From NCBI RefSeq assembly GCF_009914755.1, contig NC_060929.1: a DNA stretch of 64,000 nucleotides. One strand, written 5' to 3'. Shown here in pieces: positions 47,731 through 60,480 of this stretch (its first letter is position 1; every line of letters begins with the position of its first letter). A program made the translations under genes and the position numbers. This DNA comes from the human T2T-CHM13v2.0 reference genome, Homo sapiens. A model generated the notes under the pieces. That model was given only the letters and a program-made list of their open reading frames with translations. It made no database searches and was not told where the DNA came from.

Positions 47731-50700
47731 CACCTAAATAAAGAAGACTTGACCTGTACCTTTAGGGGCTCATGAAAGAATCTACGGGCACTAACGCTAT
47801 TCAATATTTGGCATTTAGAGCTATTAGAACATGACCTGCATCTCTAAATACACATTATTATGATTAACAGAGCTCAGATCTGAGCAAAACAGATCTCCAT
47901 ATCTCTTGCATAGATCTTTGAAAGAAAGAGTAACTGGGTCCAAATATTATGAAACCTTGTGGGTTGGGGATAAACGTTGCTTCCATAGGCAAACACTATT
48001 GAGAAGTAGAATTACTTACATAAGGAAAATAGAAACTGAAGACCTATCAAACCCTTTTTCTCAGATAGTATGAATGTAATAATTTCAAACGTGTTTATTT
48101 TTGCTTTCCTTCATGCTTTAATTTGTGGTTCTAGAGGTACTTATTTAAGAAAATGGATTAAAACAATTACAAATACAAAATTAGCTATGAAAAGTAATAT
48201 TTTCTAGGCATGAGAAATTATAGAAAATTACATATCACAAGATACAAAAATAAAAATATATTTTACTACTTAGCTGCCTAACACACATCTACAATGCTTT
48301 CATTCTATTCCCTTTGGCTGTTAACTTTTTAATCAACTACATCTAACAATGTTGTAAATATTATAGAAAAAAATTAAAGTAGTATTAAAGTAATATTTTT
48401 TCTGGCAGAGTTACACTTTTTAAAAACTATTGAGATATAGAATAATTTATTTCAGCTTTACAATATGTGACTGGGATGACATTTGATGTTAAGATTGTTG
48501 TAGAATTTAGGGAAATCTGTATCACTTTCTTTCGTATATCAGATATGAGGTCCTAGGATATTTAACATTTTCTTGTGTAATAACTAGTTCTAAATACATT
48601 TTCAATAAATAATGTTTATTAACCCAATTTTAATCTCAATATCCTATTTAAGGGCCCTATTATTAAGTTTAATATTATAAAAAATCTGCCTCTTATTGAA
48701 TGTTTATTAATAATAAAATTATTGCTCCTCTTAACAAGACATTATGAAAGTTTTGAGAACTAAAAGAAATCAAATAACTCATTAGAACAATGCTGCTCTC
48801 ATCTGTACAAATGGTGTATTTCTTTATTATTTATTTTCCATCATTTATTTTCTCTTCCATCAATAGTCCATCAAACCAGAGCCATTTTTGTGGTCCTGGT
48901 TGGGAATGTTCACATTTTTAAAAATCTTCTTTATTTCTCCTATTGTCATTTTATTATTTATATTTACTTAGCAATTGTAACTCTTCCTTATCTTCAATAC
49001 TTCTACCATCAGAATTTTTGTTTATCTTTCTCTTGTGCTATAATAAAAGAGTTTTGGATATATTGTTTTTCTGTCAATTTTCTTTCTACGACACTTCTTT
49101 TTATAAATATAGACATGTTGTTATAATAAAAAATTCTAGAACATATAAAGTTTTTTAGCTGTTTTATTGTAAACTTGGATATATTGAAAACTAAATTTCT
49201 TATAATCTCTTTCTCTGTATGGTTCAGGGTTTTACATGGCCACAAGTGAAGTTGGGCAAAATTTGGGAGGCAGAAATGAAGCATCAGCCACCATACTGAA
49301 GTTGTCACTGTTTAGTTACTGAAAGAAACAGACAGAATATAGACACGTTTTGATTTGTCTTTACTCTTCCCTGATCCAAACCCAGCTGTCCTTAAGACCA
49401 CGGGTCCTGTCGACCATGTTGACCGTAGAACACCTTTGCACTCCACACTACCTCTGCCCCTATATCTTTTTTTTCCATAAAGTTACATAAGTCAACATAC
49501 TAGGCAATGCTCTTAATGCTTAACAATGCCCCTGAATACTATAATATACTTGTCTCTAGTTGATTTTGGCCTCATGTTTTTAATACCTAGCACTTTATTG
49601 CATTTAGTGAATCTTTTTGTTTTGTTTTGTTTTGTTTTAGAACTCCTATACCTACTGTGAGGGAGAATCAAGCTTCTTAATGATTCCTATATTTGTGGAA
49701 TGAAATTTACCTAGTCCACGCTTCACCAAGTGAGCCGTCCTTTAAAGACCTAGACCTCATGTCGAGTCTCAGTTTTTAATCCTTATAATCTGTGGATGCC
49801 TGGCTTCCTTTTCTATCTCTGGGTTAATATTCCCATTTGCTAAGACTCTGATCACCAAGACCAACCACAGCTATCGCCACCTTTGTGGCAGAAGATTCTG
49901 TGTCACTTTCAAATTGGCTGCTATGTTTATGACTTCCTTCTAGTTTCTGACATCTGGTGATTTTCCTTTTTTCTAATGAGGCCAGTAGTGGACTGAAAAT
50001 AATTTAAAACAGTTACTTTCTTTAGCCAATATTTCTAAGAAGCTGTACTGAGGAATTTCCAGGGTACATAGGCTGCCATATTTTCAGAACTGGAAGTCAA
50101 TGAGTCCCAATTTAAACATGTCCACAATATCTGTTATTTGGCAAGATTAATATGCATTGTGCTAGATGTTATACCAGGATGGCCACAGGGAAATTAATAC
50201 TTCCTAAAGTACTGTGTACAAAATAGATCTTCAATAAATGCACATTGAAAAATCTTTGCTAAAGATCAATGAGAACAGTAAATTAAATGCTAGAGGCCAG
50301 GGTTAAGTACATTTTGGTGCCTTTAAGTAAGCTCAAATTATTAACTGAGTGTATACTGGGAACAGTTGCCTTGGGAATTCCACATTTAGAAGATGAAAAT
50401 CATGACAATTTTGGTGTGATGCCCAAAATCAGCCAATTGGATTTTTATACTGTAAGTTATTTATTTCAAGCAACAAAGACTGCCAAGTTTTATATCAATC
50501 AGGTTGACTACAAAGCATGATTCCCCACTATACATTAGGGAAGTTACAAGAAAGGGACTCTGAAAAATCAGTACAGAAGAGATCCACTGAACAAACACTG
50601 TCACTCAGAATCACGCCCCCACCTCCACCACCTAAAAATAGAGACTCTCCAGAACTGCTCTTCTAGCTTTTTGAAACAAAGAAGTAACTTGGTTTAAATC

Positions 50701-51125
50701 TCCCAAGGATATTTTGCAAAGAGGCAAACCAATTTGGTCAAATTCAGTCAATACTATACAAATATTCCTGATTGGAATTTTATAAAATTGTTATCCTTTG
50801 CATAGAGATGGGAACATATGCCTTCTTTTGAGGCAGTAAATTATAAGTGGTCTTCAAGCAGATTTTAATGTATCCAGTTTTGATTTCATTACATTGATTT
50901 TCCCCTTGTGCCTTGAAAAATATTTATAGAATGTTTTGCTTCAATTTCCTTATCCATGAATGTAATATTAAATGTATATTTTCATTACATAATAAGATGA
51001 AGAATAAATACAACAAAATCAACAAAACAATTTTATAAAATATAAAAGTGCCATATATTACTAATGTACTACATCCATGCCTCTCAAAACTCAGACCAAC
51101 AATCTACTTAAAAATGGGAAAAATA

Positions 51126-53759
51126 GATTCACCACCAAATTTTACCAGAGGTAAAAAGAGGAGCTGGTACCATTCCTTCTGAAACTATTTCAAACAATAG
51201 AAAAAGAGGGACTCCTCACTAGCTCATTTTATGAGGCCAGCATTATCCTGATACCAAAACTTGGCAGAGACAGAACAAAAAAAGAAAATTTCAGGCCAAT
51301 ATCCCTGATGAACATCAATGCGAAAATCCTCAATAAAATACGGGCAAACCAAATCCAGCAGCACATCAGAAAGCTTATCTTCCACAATCAAGTCAGCTTC
51401 ATACCTGGCATGCAAGGCTGGTTCAACATACAAAAATCAATAAATGTAATCCATTATAAAAACAGAACCAATGATAAAAATCACATGATTATCTCACTAG
51501 ATGCAGAAAAGGCCTTGAATAAAATTAACATCCCTTCATGTTAAAAACTCTCAATAAACTAAGCATTGATGGAACATATCTCAAAATAATAAGAGCTATT
51601 TATGACAAGCTCATAACCAATATCATACTGAATGGGCAAAAGCTGGAAGCATTCCCTTTGAAAACCGGCACGAGACAAGGATGCCCTCTCTCACCACTCC
51701 TATTCAACATCGTATTGGAAGTTCTGGCCAGGGCAATCAGGCAAAAGGAAGAAATAAAGGGTATTCAAATAAGAAGAGAGGAAGTCAAATTGTCTCTGTT
51801 TGCAGACAACATAATTGTATATATAGAAAACCCCATCATCTCAGCCTCAAAGCTCCTTAAGCTGAAAAGCAACTTCAGCAAAGTCTCAGAATACAAAATC
51901 AATGTTCAAAAGTCACAAGCATTCCTATACACCAATAATGGACAAGCAGAGAGCCAAATCATGTGTGAACTCCGATTCACAATTGCTACAAAGAGAATAA
52001 AGTACCTAGGAATAAACTTACAAGGGATGTGAAGGACCTCTTCAAGAACTACAAACCACTGCTCAAGGAAATAAGAGAGGACACAAACAAATGGGAAAAA
52101 CATTCCATGCTCATGGATAGGAAGAATAAATATCATAAAAATGGCTGTACTGCCCAAAGTATTTTATAGATTCATTGCTATTCCCATTAAGCTACCATTG
52201 GCTTTCTTCACAGAATTAGAAAAACCTACTTTAAATTTCCTATGGAACCAAAAAAGAGCCCATATAGGCAAGGCAATCCTAAGCAAAAAGAAAAAGGCTG
52301 GAGGCATCCTGGTACCTGACTTCAAACTATACTACAAGGCTGCAGTAACCAAAGCAGCATGCTACTGGTACCAAAACAGGTATATAGACCAATGGAACAG
52401 AACAGAGGCCTCAGAAATAGCACCACACATCTACAACCAACTGATCTTCGACAAACCTGACAAAAACAAGCAACGGGAAAAGGATTCCCTATTTAATAAA
52501 TGGTGTTGGGAAAACTGGCAAGCCATATGCAGAAACTGAAACTGGACCCCTTCCTTACACCTTATACAAAAATTAACTCAAGATAAATCAAAGACTTAAT
52601 TGTAAAACCCAAAACCATAAAAACCCTAGAATTAAGTCTAGGCAATACCATTCAGGACATAAACAAGGGCAAAGACTTCATGACTAAAACACCAAAAGCA
52701 ATGGCAACAAAGCCAAAATTAACAAATGGGATCTAATTAAACTAATTAGATCTACTAAAAGATCTTCTGCACAGCAAAAGAAACTACCATCAGAGTGAAC
52801 AGGCAACCTACAGAATGGGAGAAAATTTTTGCAATCTACCCTTTTGACAAAGGTCTAATATCCAGAATCTACAAGGAATTTAAACAAATTGACAAGAAAA
52901 AAACAAAGAACCCCATCAAAAAGTGGGCAAAGGATATGAACAGACACTTCTCAAAAGAAGACATTTATGTGCAGCCAACAAACATATGAAAAAGCTCATC
53001 ATTATTGATCATTAGAAAAATGCAAATCAAAACCACAATGACATACCATCTCACACCAGTTAGAATGGCGATCATTAAAAAGTCAGTAAACAACAGATGC
53101 TGACAAGGCTGTGGAGAAATAGGAACACTCTTACATTATTGGTAGGAGTGTAAATTAGTTCAAACATTGTGGAAGACACTGTGGTGATTCCTCAAGGATC
53201 TAGAATGAGAAATACCATTTGACCCAGTAATCCCATTACTGGGTATATACCCAAAGGATTATAAATCATTTTACTATAAAGACATATGCACACATATGTT
53301 TATTGCAGCACTATTTACAATGGTGAAGATTTGGATCCAACCCAAATGTCCATCAATGATAGACTGGATAAAGAAAATGTGGCACATATACACCATGGAA
53401 TACAATGCAGCCATAAAAGAATGAGATCATGTCCTTTGCAGGGAGATGGATGAAGCTGGCAGCCATCATTCTCAGCAAACTAACACAGTAACAAAAAACC
53501 AAACACCGCATGTTCTCACTCATAAGTGGGAGTTGGGCAATGAGAACACATGGACACAGGGAGGGGATCATCACACATCAGGGTCTGTTGAGGGGTGGGA
53601 GGCCAGGGGAGAGAGAGCATTAGGAAAAATATCTAATGCATGTAGGGCTTAAAACCTAGATGATGGGTTGATAGGTGCAGCAAACCACCATGGCACATGT
53701 ATACCTGTGTAACAAACCTGTACATTCTACACATGTATCCTAGAACTTAAAGTAAAATT
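51126..53759 (+). mobile_element. 5'-truncated L1PA8-like LINE-1 inserted into an older L1ME
   Basis: 18-bp TSD TTAAAAATGGGAAAAATA/TTAAAAATGGGCAAAATA at 51108-51125 and 53760-53777; 3'UTR GAGAGCATTAGG...AATGCATGTAGGGCTTAAAACCTAGATGA; RT fragments in the track. Confidence 0.9.
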
Positions 53760-54615
53760 TTAAAAATGGGCAAAATACATGAATAAACATTTCAAAACAC
53801 ACACACAGGCACACATGCACACACATACACACTCAGATATAACTATATGAAAAGTTACTAAAATTTATCAGAATCATGACAATTCAAATGAAAACATAAG
53901 TGAGATACCATTTCTTACCCATTAGACTGATTAAAACCAAAAAAATTGGTAACCCCAAATGTTGGAGAGGAGCAGTGGAAACCGTCATAAATCATTGGTG
54001 AGTGTATAAAATAGTACAATCACTTTGGAAAACTGTTTGTAGTTTCTTATGAAGTTCAGCGCAAATATATCATGTCACCAAGCAATTCTATTCCTAAATA
54101 ATTTCCCAAAATAAATGAAAATGTATATCTACCAAAAGATTTTTATGGAAATGTTTTAGCAGTTTTATTCATAATAAAAGAATGGGAACAGATCTAATGT
54201 CCATCAACAGTGAACAAACAAAGAAATTTTGGTATATTCATACAAGGGAATGGTACCCAGTAAGAAAAATGGATGAATGAATTACTTGTATACCCAACAG
54301 CATGCCTGAATCTTATTTAACTGAGTGACAGAAGCTGTATATAAGACAGTACATACCTTTTATTCCATTTATATGAAATTCTAGAGCAGGTAAAATTGTC
54401 ATTAGATGATAGAAGATGTAAAGGGGCTGCTCCAGGTGTGGAATATTGCATGGAAAGTGGTATGGTGTGAGTATATTTTCTGGGGTGATGGAAATACTTT
54501 GAATCTTCTTTCAGTGATAATTACATGGGTGTACATGACTGTCCAAACTGAAACACAGAAGACAGAAGAAATGTGCATATCATTGTATGTAGAGTATACT
54601 ATCATTTTAAAAATG
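53760..54615 (+). mobile_element. L1ME/MD-like 3' end
   Basis: GAGATACCATTT, CAATCACTTTGGAAAACTG, TTCCATTTATATGAAATTCTAG and TTCTGGGGTGATGGAAAT motifs. Confidence 0.75.
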
Positions 54616-56804
54616 AATTGCTTGAGAAGTTCAGAGTTCCACACCACTGAAAGTCTTCAAGCAAAGACAAAGAGACCCACACACTAAGCAAATGGACTAG
54701 ATTAATTTTAAACATGCTGTCTTTGAAACCTAAACATAGGCATCCAGGTCCAGCAAGCTGTTAAAAATCAAGGACAAGAGGTTAGGAAATGCAATCCCTA
54801 CTATCAATATAATGCTGTTCCTGGAAATGATTTTCTGATTTAAAAAGGAGGACAATCAACTCGATAGTAGGGAGGAGAGGTGAAGTTCAAAACAGAGAGA
54901 GGATTAGCCTAAGCTCGTACACTAGGCTAATGCATTTCACCAACTTTATAGTGGTTATGTTCTGTCCTGGGTGAATATCCACATTTAGAGGGCTAACAGG
55001 ATTTTCTACAACGGTAATGATTAAGCAATGAAAATGCAGTCACATTAAAACATCAGTCTTGTTAAATAATGACCAAGAGCTTGATTCTCAACTAAATGGA
55101 AAAAAAATGAACAAACAAACAAACCAGAAGGAAAAAAATGGGAGCTAAAGGACCTAAAGGTAATTTTTTTCAAAGGTTTGATAGAAGTTATGAAGTTTAA
55201 GAGTATGCAATAGGAAAGATTCAGAGAAAGAGCAAGCAATATCTTAAAAGAGAGATAATAAGCAGTTGAGATTCAACCCCACCCCATTCCCCTTGACACA
55301 AAATAATATAATCTGTGTTCAGACAGATACTTTTAAAATCAAAAGCATTGACACAAGAATAGGTTGTAATCTACATTAGTTATGTGGGGTTAATGATTCC
55401 TGCGCTTGAAGATGTTTCCTACATCCTTCCCTTCCCCTAAATGTCTTCTTTTTTTCTTTTAAATAATCTCTTGACTTTTCCTATTTTTCCACATATTCTT
55501 TCCTATCTCTAAGTGAAAGAGGCAAAATAAAATGCTTTTATTGTTAGATTCATGTGAGAATCCCATTTGAACTAACGTTCATCAAAATAATGTGTCTAGA
55601 AACTCACATTCATGAAAAAAGTGGTCAGATCGAACAAAATGGTTTGTTGGGATACAGCTTGAATTGGAAGGAAATGCAAATTAGTGTTTCTTTTTACAGG
55701 TTAGTAAAAGCAAACTTCACACTGTAGTATTTGTTTTTTTTTTATTCTATCCAAATCTGTTCACTTATTTCCAAAGAAATTTTCAATGATAGAGCAATAG
55801 TTAGGTTGTTATGTGAAATGCACAGTCTAATATAAGCATGAGAAAAATGATAGGCAAAATTTATTGAAAAGTAATAGAACCTTTGTGATTTCATTTTACG
55901 TTAACATAATTTAACTGTAATGTTTCAGACACAGGATTTTAAAAGCAATTAAATAAACATAAGACTTACTTAAGAAAGAAAAAGAAAAAAAGAAGGTGTT
56001 CTCAAGGAATTATTTTGTGCTTTTTGCAAATCAGCCAAGAGGGGAAAATGGATGAATTATAAACACTGAAGCTGAGCAGTATGCCAAAAAAATATGCTGA
56101 TTAAAGTTTTACTGCTGTGGTTCAAATAATGCTGATAGAATGCATTATTACCACAATTATTGTTACTGCATAGTCAGATATATCACTAAATAATACTGAA
56201 TAATGGCATTCTAGTTACTTCAGAGTTGCATCTGAAAATAAACTGTAGAATTGTAAAATAGATAAACAGAGGTATTTAAAGCAAACTGTTTTATGCAAAC
56301 TATTCAAATTAGTGTTGTATTCTCAGGAAAAAAACAAGACTGAAAACATTTCAGAGCCTCAAAATCATTGTCTTACTTGCAGGTGCATTTGGCAACAGCA
56401 CTATTTGACTGAGTTTTGGATGCGTAAGTGAGGACTAAGTGCTGTGCTCATATGAAACAACAAAAACTGAGCCTTTCTGAAGGCAGAAGATGAATTCTAA
56501 GGACACAAAGTGCGCAGAAACCAAAGATGAGGCAGAGAAAATGTTCAAAATTAGTCATTGTCATGGTTAATCTACTTCCTGATTTGCAAAGTAACTGAGA
56601 GCTGCTGGAGCCTGTATTTTCTGGTGTTAAAATAGCACCACAAATACTCATTTCACCAAGGTCAGGGCAATTTGCTAGTAAGCATGGATTACAATGGACA
56701 AAATCGCCTCCCAGTTCTACATGGCTATAAATTGGTGAACTATTGCTTTGAGAATAAAACAGTCTAAAATTCCCAGCTTTCTGTAAGATAGAAAGTTGAG
56801 AATT

Positions 56805-57160
56805 CTGTTTTAGTTGGAGTCGTGCTAACCAGCTATTCTACAAACAAGTCCTAGTGGCTTAGTACAATGTAAGTTTATTTTTCACTCATATCACAGTCCA
56901 ATGTTGCTTAGTGGCACTTCAACAAGGGTGCCATACTGGGGACCTTTGATTCGAATCACAAGAATAGGAAAGAGAGGATAGCCCATGGATTTCATAGGCC
57001 TAGAAGTGGTATACTCATTTGTTCTGTATCACCTCCCTTTGCCAGAGAATAGTCTATGGGTCCAAGCTACCTGGAAGGGAGGCTGGTAAATACAGTCTTC
57101 CTGTGTTTCCAGAACAAAAATGAAAATGGCTTGCTGAGCACACAGCATTGTTTCTGGTGC
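56805..57160 (-). mobile_element. Old MLT1 (K/L-like) LTR
   Basis: AGTGGCTTAGTACAATGTAAGTTTATTTTTCACTCA...AAGGGAGGCTGGTAAATACAGTC. Confidence 0.55.
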
Positions 57161-57188
57161 TTATTTTTTCAGTAAAGCTAAACATATC

Positions 57189-57568
57189 TGATATGGTTTG
57201 CCTCTGTGTCCCCACCCAAATCTCATGTTGAATTGTGATCCAGAGTGGGGCCTGGTGGGAGGTGATTGGATCATGGGGGTGGCTTCTAATGGTTTAGCAC
57301 CATCCCCCTAGTGCTGCCTCATGATAGAGTTCTCACAAGACCTGTGTGTTTAAAAATGTGTACACCTCCCCCTTCACTCTCTTCCTCCTGCTCCTGTCAA
57401 GTAGGGTGTGCTGGCTTCCCCTTCTGCCATGATTGTAAGTTTCCTGAGGCCTCCCCAGCCATGCTTCCTGTACAGCCTGCAGAACCGTGAGCCAATTAAA
57501 TCTCTTTTCTTTATAAATTGCCCAGTCTCAGGCAGTTATTTATAGTAATGTGAGAACAGACTAATACA
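57189..57568 (+). mobile_element. MSTA-like MaLR solo LTR
   Basis: TGATATGGTTTG...GACTAATACA termini; perfect 5-bp TSD ATATC. Confidence 0.9.
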
Positions 57569-58629
57569 ATATCTTTTTCAAAGTCTTAACACTTTTAAAT
57601 GCTATGTAAGATATTTGAGGAATTTATGAACTTAGATGTTGATATTAATAGCAGGCATATGTTGAGACTCTAAATTCTCATTGCATAGCCACCACCACTC
57701 CAAATCATGGTAGGCATAGAAGGCAGAAATTAGTGCTAAAACCCGAATATTTATGATGGGGTTAGAAGTGGTGGTGAAGGTGAATCAGCACTTACATTGA
57801 AATAGTTGATATCAATTCTAAAAATAATTGCTAATTTTTTTCCTTGTTATGCCATTTACTTTAGATTAATCATTGTTAGATTGATTAAAACAGTCTCTGC
57901 CAGGGGAAAAAAACCTGGAAAACTGACAACTTATTCTGAACATCTAGTGAATGTGTACATATTCCACCATTTTTTTCTCTCTTTCCCTTTAATTTTGTTG
58001 TTCTTATTTTTATTTTTGCCTCAACCTGACTATTCTTTCATAACTGTCTTATATGATGAAATATGTAACCCCCTAACACTCTCATTGGATTTATTCATAT
58101 ATTCTGAGCTTCTTTTCTTGATATTGTTTTCAAGCCCCAGGGGTACCCTACCAATGATGTCTAGTGAAACTGGCTTTTCAGAATCTCTTTAACATTATAT
58201 GATGGGGTATGGATAATTCACTAATAACTTGGAAGAATTATTTCCCTTTGCCTCTTAAACTTGGTAAAATGGAATGTCAGCAATCATTTGATACTTCAAC
58301 CAAATACCAGACTATTTGATGTTTATAAGATTTATATCAAAGACTCAAAGCATTGGAAATTAATCTTGACTCAAATCAGAAATTAAATCTCTTTTATGTG
58401 ATCTTGAATAGTCCCTTTGGCAAAAGACAAAAAAGACATGGGAATAAACTCAGAGACATTACCATACATTCTGGATAAGAATCTTTCTGTGGTAAATGAA
58501 AGAGAAGTAGAAATTTCAACACAATGACTAAAGTTTATTAAACCTATAACCTGCTTTTAAAACCTAAATTAAAATTCTTAATGCTTGGGAAAGTAGTGAA
58601 ACATCAACATTGCAATAAATAGAATTTCA

Positions 58630-60040
58630 TTTTCTGGTTAGGCATGTAAAGATCTTTGAAGTAGTCACTCCAGTCGTCACAACAATAAAAAGGCTAAACA
58701 AACTGAAAATTAGCAATTCTTCTAATATTTGCCAGAGAGGTAAGGTGGCAGGGCAAACTACTACTCCCCAAAATGGGGAGATATAGAGGAATATAGAGAG
58801 AATAACAGGGTTATGGTGGCAGAGGCCCAGGAGCAGAAACCCCTGTGGAAGTTAGTACCAGGTTAGGGAAACTTTAACTATAATTGATAGTGTGCTGGAG
58901 GCACAGTGTGAGCAAGCTCAAATTTTAAGAATGCCAGGGGTGGCCAGTCTTGGTGCCACACTTTTGTTTTACCTCTGGGAGCCACATCAGGTTCTCACAT
59001 CAAGGATCAGAATAAAAGTAGCACTGTGATTTTGGCAAGAAAGTGGGGGAAAACAGCCATCTGAAATACTGTTAGAAAAATTTGTTCTTAACAAGGCCTC
59101 CCTTTAAAAGAAACTATTTTATGAGAGCCTAACTAACTGGGGTTTTACCATATCAAAACCCATTTGGGGAAGGAAAATGCCCAATTCCAGCCTCCTCTAG
59201 TTTTCCCTGTGGGAAAGCCATCACTAGCCTTTCTGTTAATCATCTATTGAGGAGAGTTGACTGAGAAAGACTTGTGAAAGTCACAGCCTAGGGTCAATGG
59301 CTCACTAAAAGACTGATATCTAATCATAGGATTGTAGAATGCTTCCCCTCCACCCCATCTCTCACATTACCATCTGATACGGTTTGGCTTTGTGTCCCCA
59401 CCCAAATCTCATCTCAAATTGTAATCCATGTGTCAAGCGAGGGGAGTAATTGGATCATGGCGGCAGTTTCTCTTATGCTGTTCTCATGATAGTGAGTGAG
59501 TTCTCATGAGCTCTAATGGTTTTATGTGTTTGACAGTTCCTCCTTCATGTGCTCTCTCTCACCTGCCACATGTAAGACATTCCTGCTTCCCCTTCTGCCA
59601 TGATTGTAAGTTTCCTGAGACCTCCCCAGCCATGCAGTACTGTGAATCAATTAAACAAACCTCTTTCCTTTATAAATTACCCAGTCTCGGGTAGTATCTT
59701 TATAGCAGCATGAAAACGGACTAATACACCATCACATCGACAGAGTTCCTGTATAATAACAGAAGAATACAACTGAAAGAGCTGCACATCTCAGACCTTA
59801 TTGGAGAATAGTCCTCTAGGGAAACTCAAAGACAGCAGGGAAGACAAAAACAAGAATACAAGGTAGCTCCAAAAGCCAAGGCTGGAGGATAAAACAAGCC
59901 CACTGGAGGAACTTGCAGCCTTTGGGTCTTACACCTGCAGCAAATATTAAACAGATCCCAGCTTCTAGCCAAATTAGCATAAATCCTCACCCTAAAGGCC
60001 TATATAACTCCTATACCTATTACCCTATATTACTCCTATA
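58630..60040 (+). mobile_element. Ancient L1M 5'UTR remnant, interrupted by THE1
   Basis: GTCACTCCAGTCGTCACAACAATAAAAAGGCTAAACAAACTGAAAAT and TTCCTGTATAATAACAG motifs typical of L1M 5' ends. Confidence 0.55.
59375..59728 (+). mobile_element. THE1D-like MaLR solo LTR
   Basis: TGATACGGTTTGGCTTTGTGTCCCCACCCAAATCTCATCTC...GGACTAATACA; perfect 5-bp TSD CCATC. Confidence 0.9.
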
Positions 60041-60054
60041 GCACCTATTATCCT

Positions 60055-60480
60055 ATGAAAAGTATAATACATTATGATCAAGCAACATTTGTGCCAGGAA
60101 TATAAGTTTCATTCAACATTTGAAAATTAACCAACATAATTTACTATATTAATCAACAAAATGAGAAAAGAAACACATGATCATAATAATAGATACAGAA
60201 AAAAATTATTAAAATTCAGCATTAATGTTGATAAAACCTCAGCAAACTAAGAAATGAAAGGAATTTCCTTTACTGAATAAAGTGCTTCTACAAAAAACCT
60301 TTTGCTAGCATCAAACTTATTATTGAAAAGCTGAATGCTTTCTTCCTAAAACTGGAACAAGGCAAGGATGTCAGTTCTAAACACTGCTACTCATCATTAT
60401 ACTCACTGTCCTAACCACTACAATATGGCAAGAAAAATAAGTAAAAGTATAGAGAGGGATAAAACTAAATAAGCTAAACC
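60055..60480 (+). mobile_element. L1M ORF2 RT fragment (copy 1)
   Basis: TTCAACATTTGAAAAT, CTCAGCAAACTAAG and GGAACAAGGCAAGGATG motifs. Confidence 0.75.

Noticed and set aside
54903-54931. 9-bp stem hairpin ATTAGCCTA...TAGGCTAAT
   Set aside because: Short enough to occur by chance in 64 kb; no ncRNA features.
57806-58192. 128-aa ORF
   Set aside because: Non-ATG start, T-rich low complexity, no splice or domain support.
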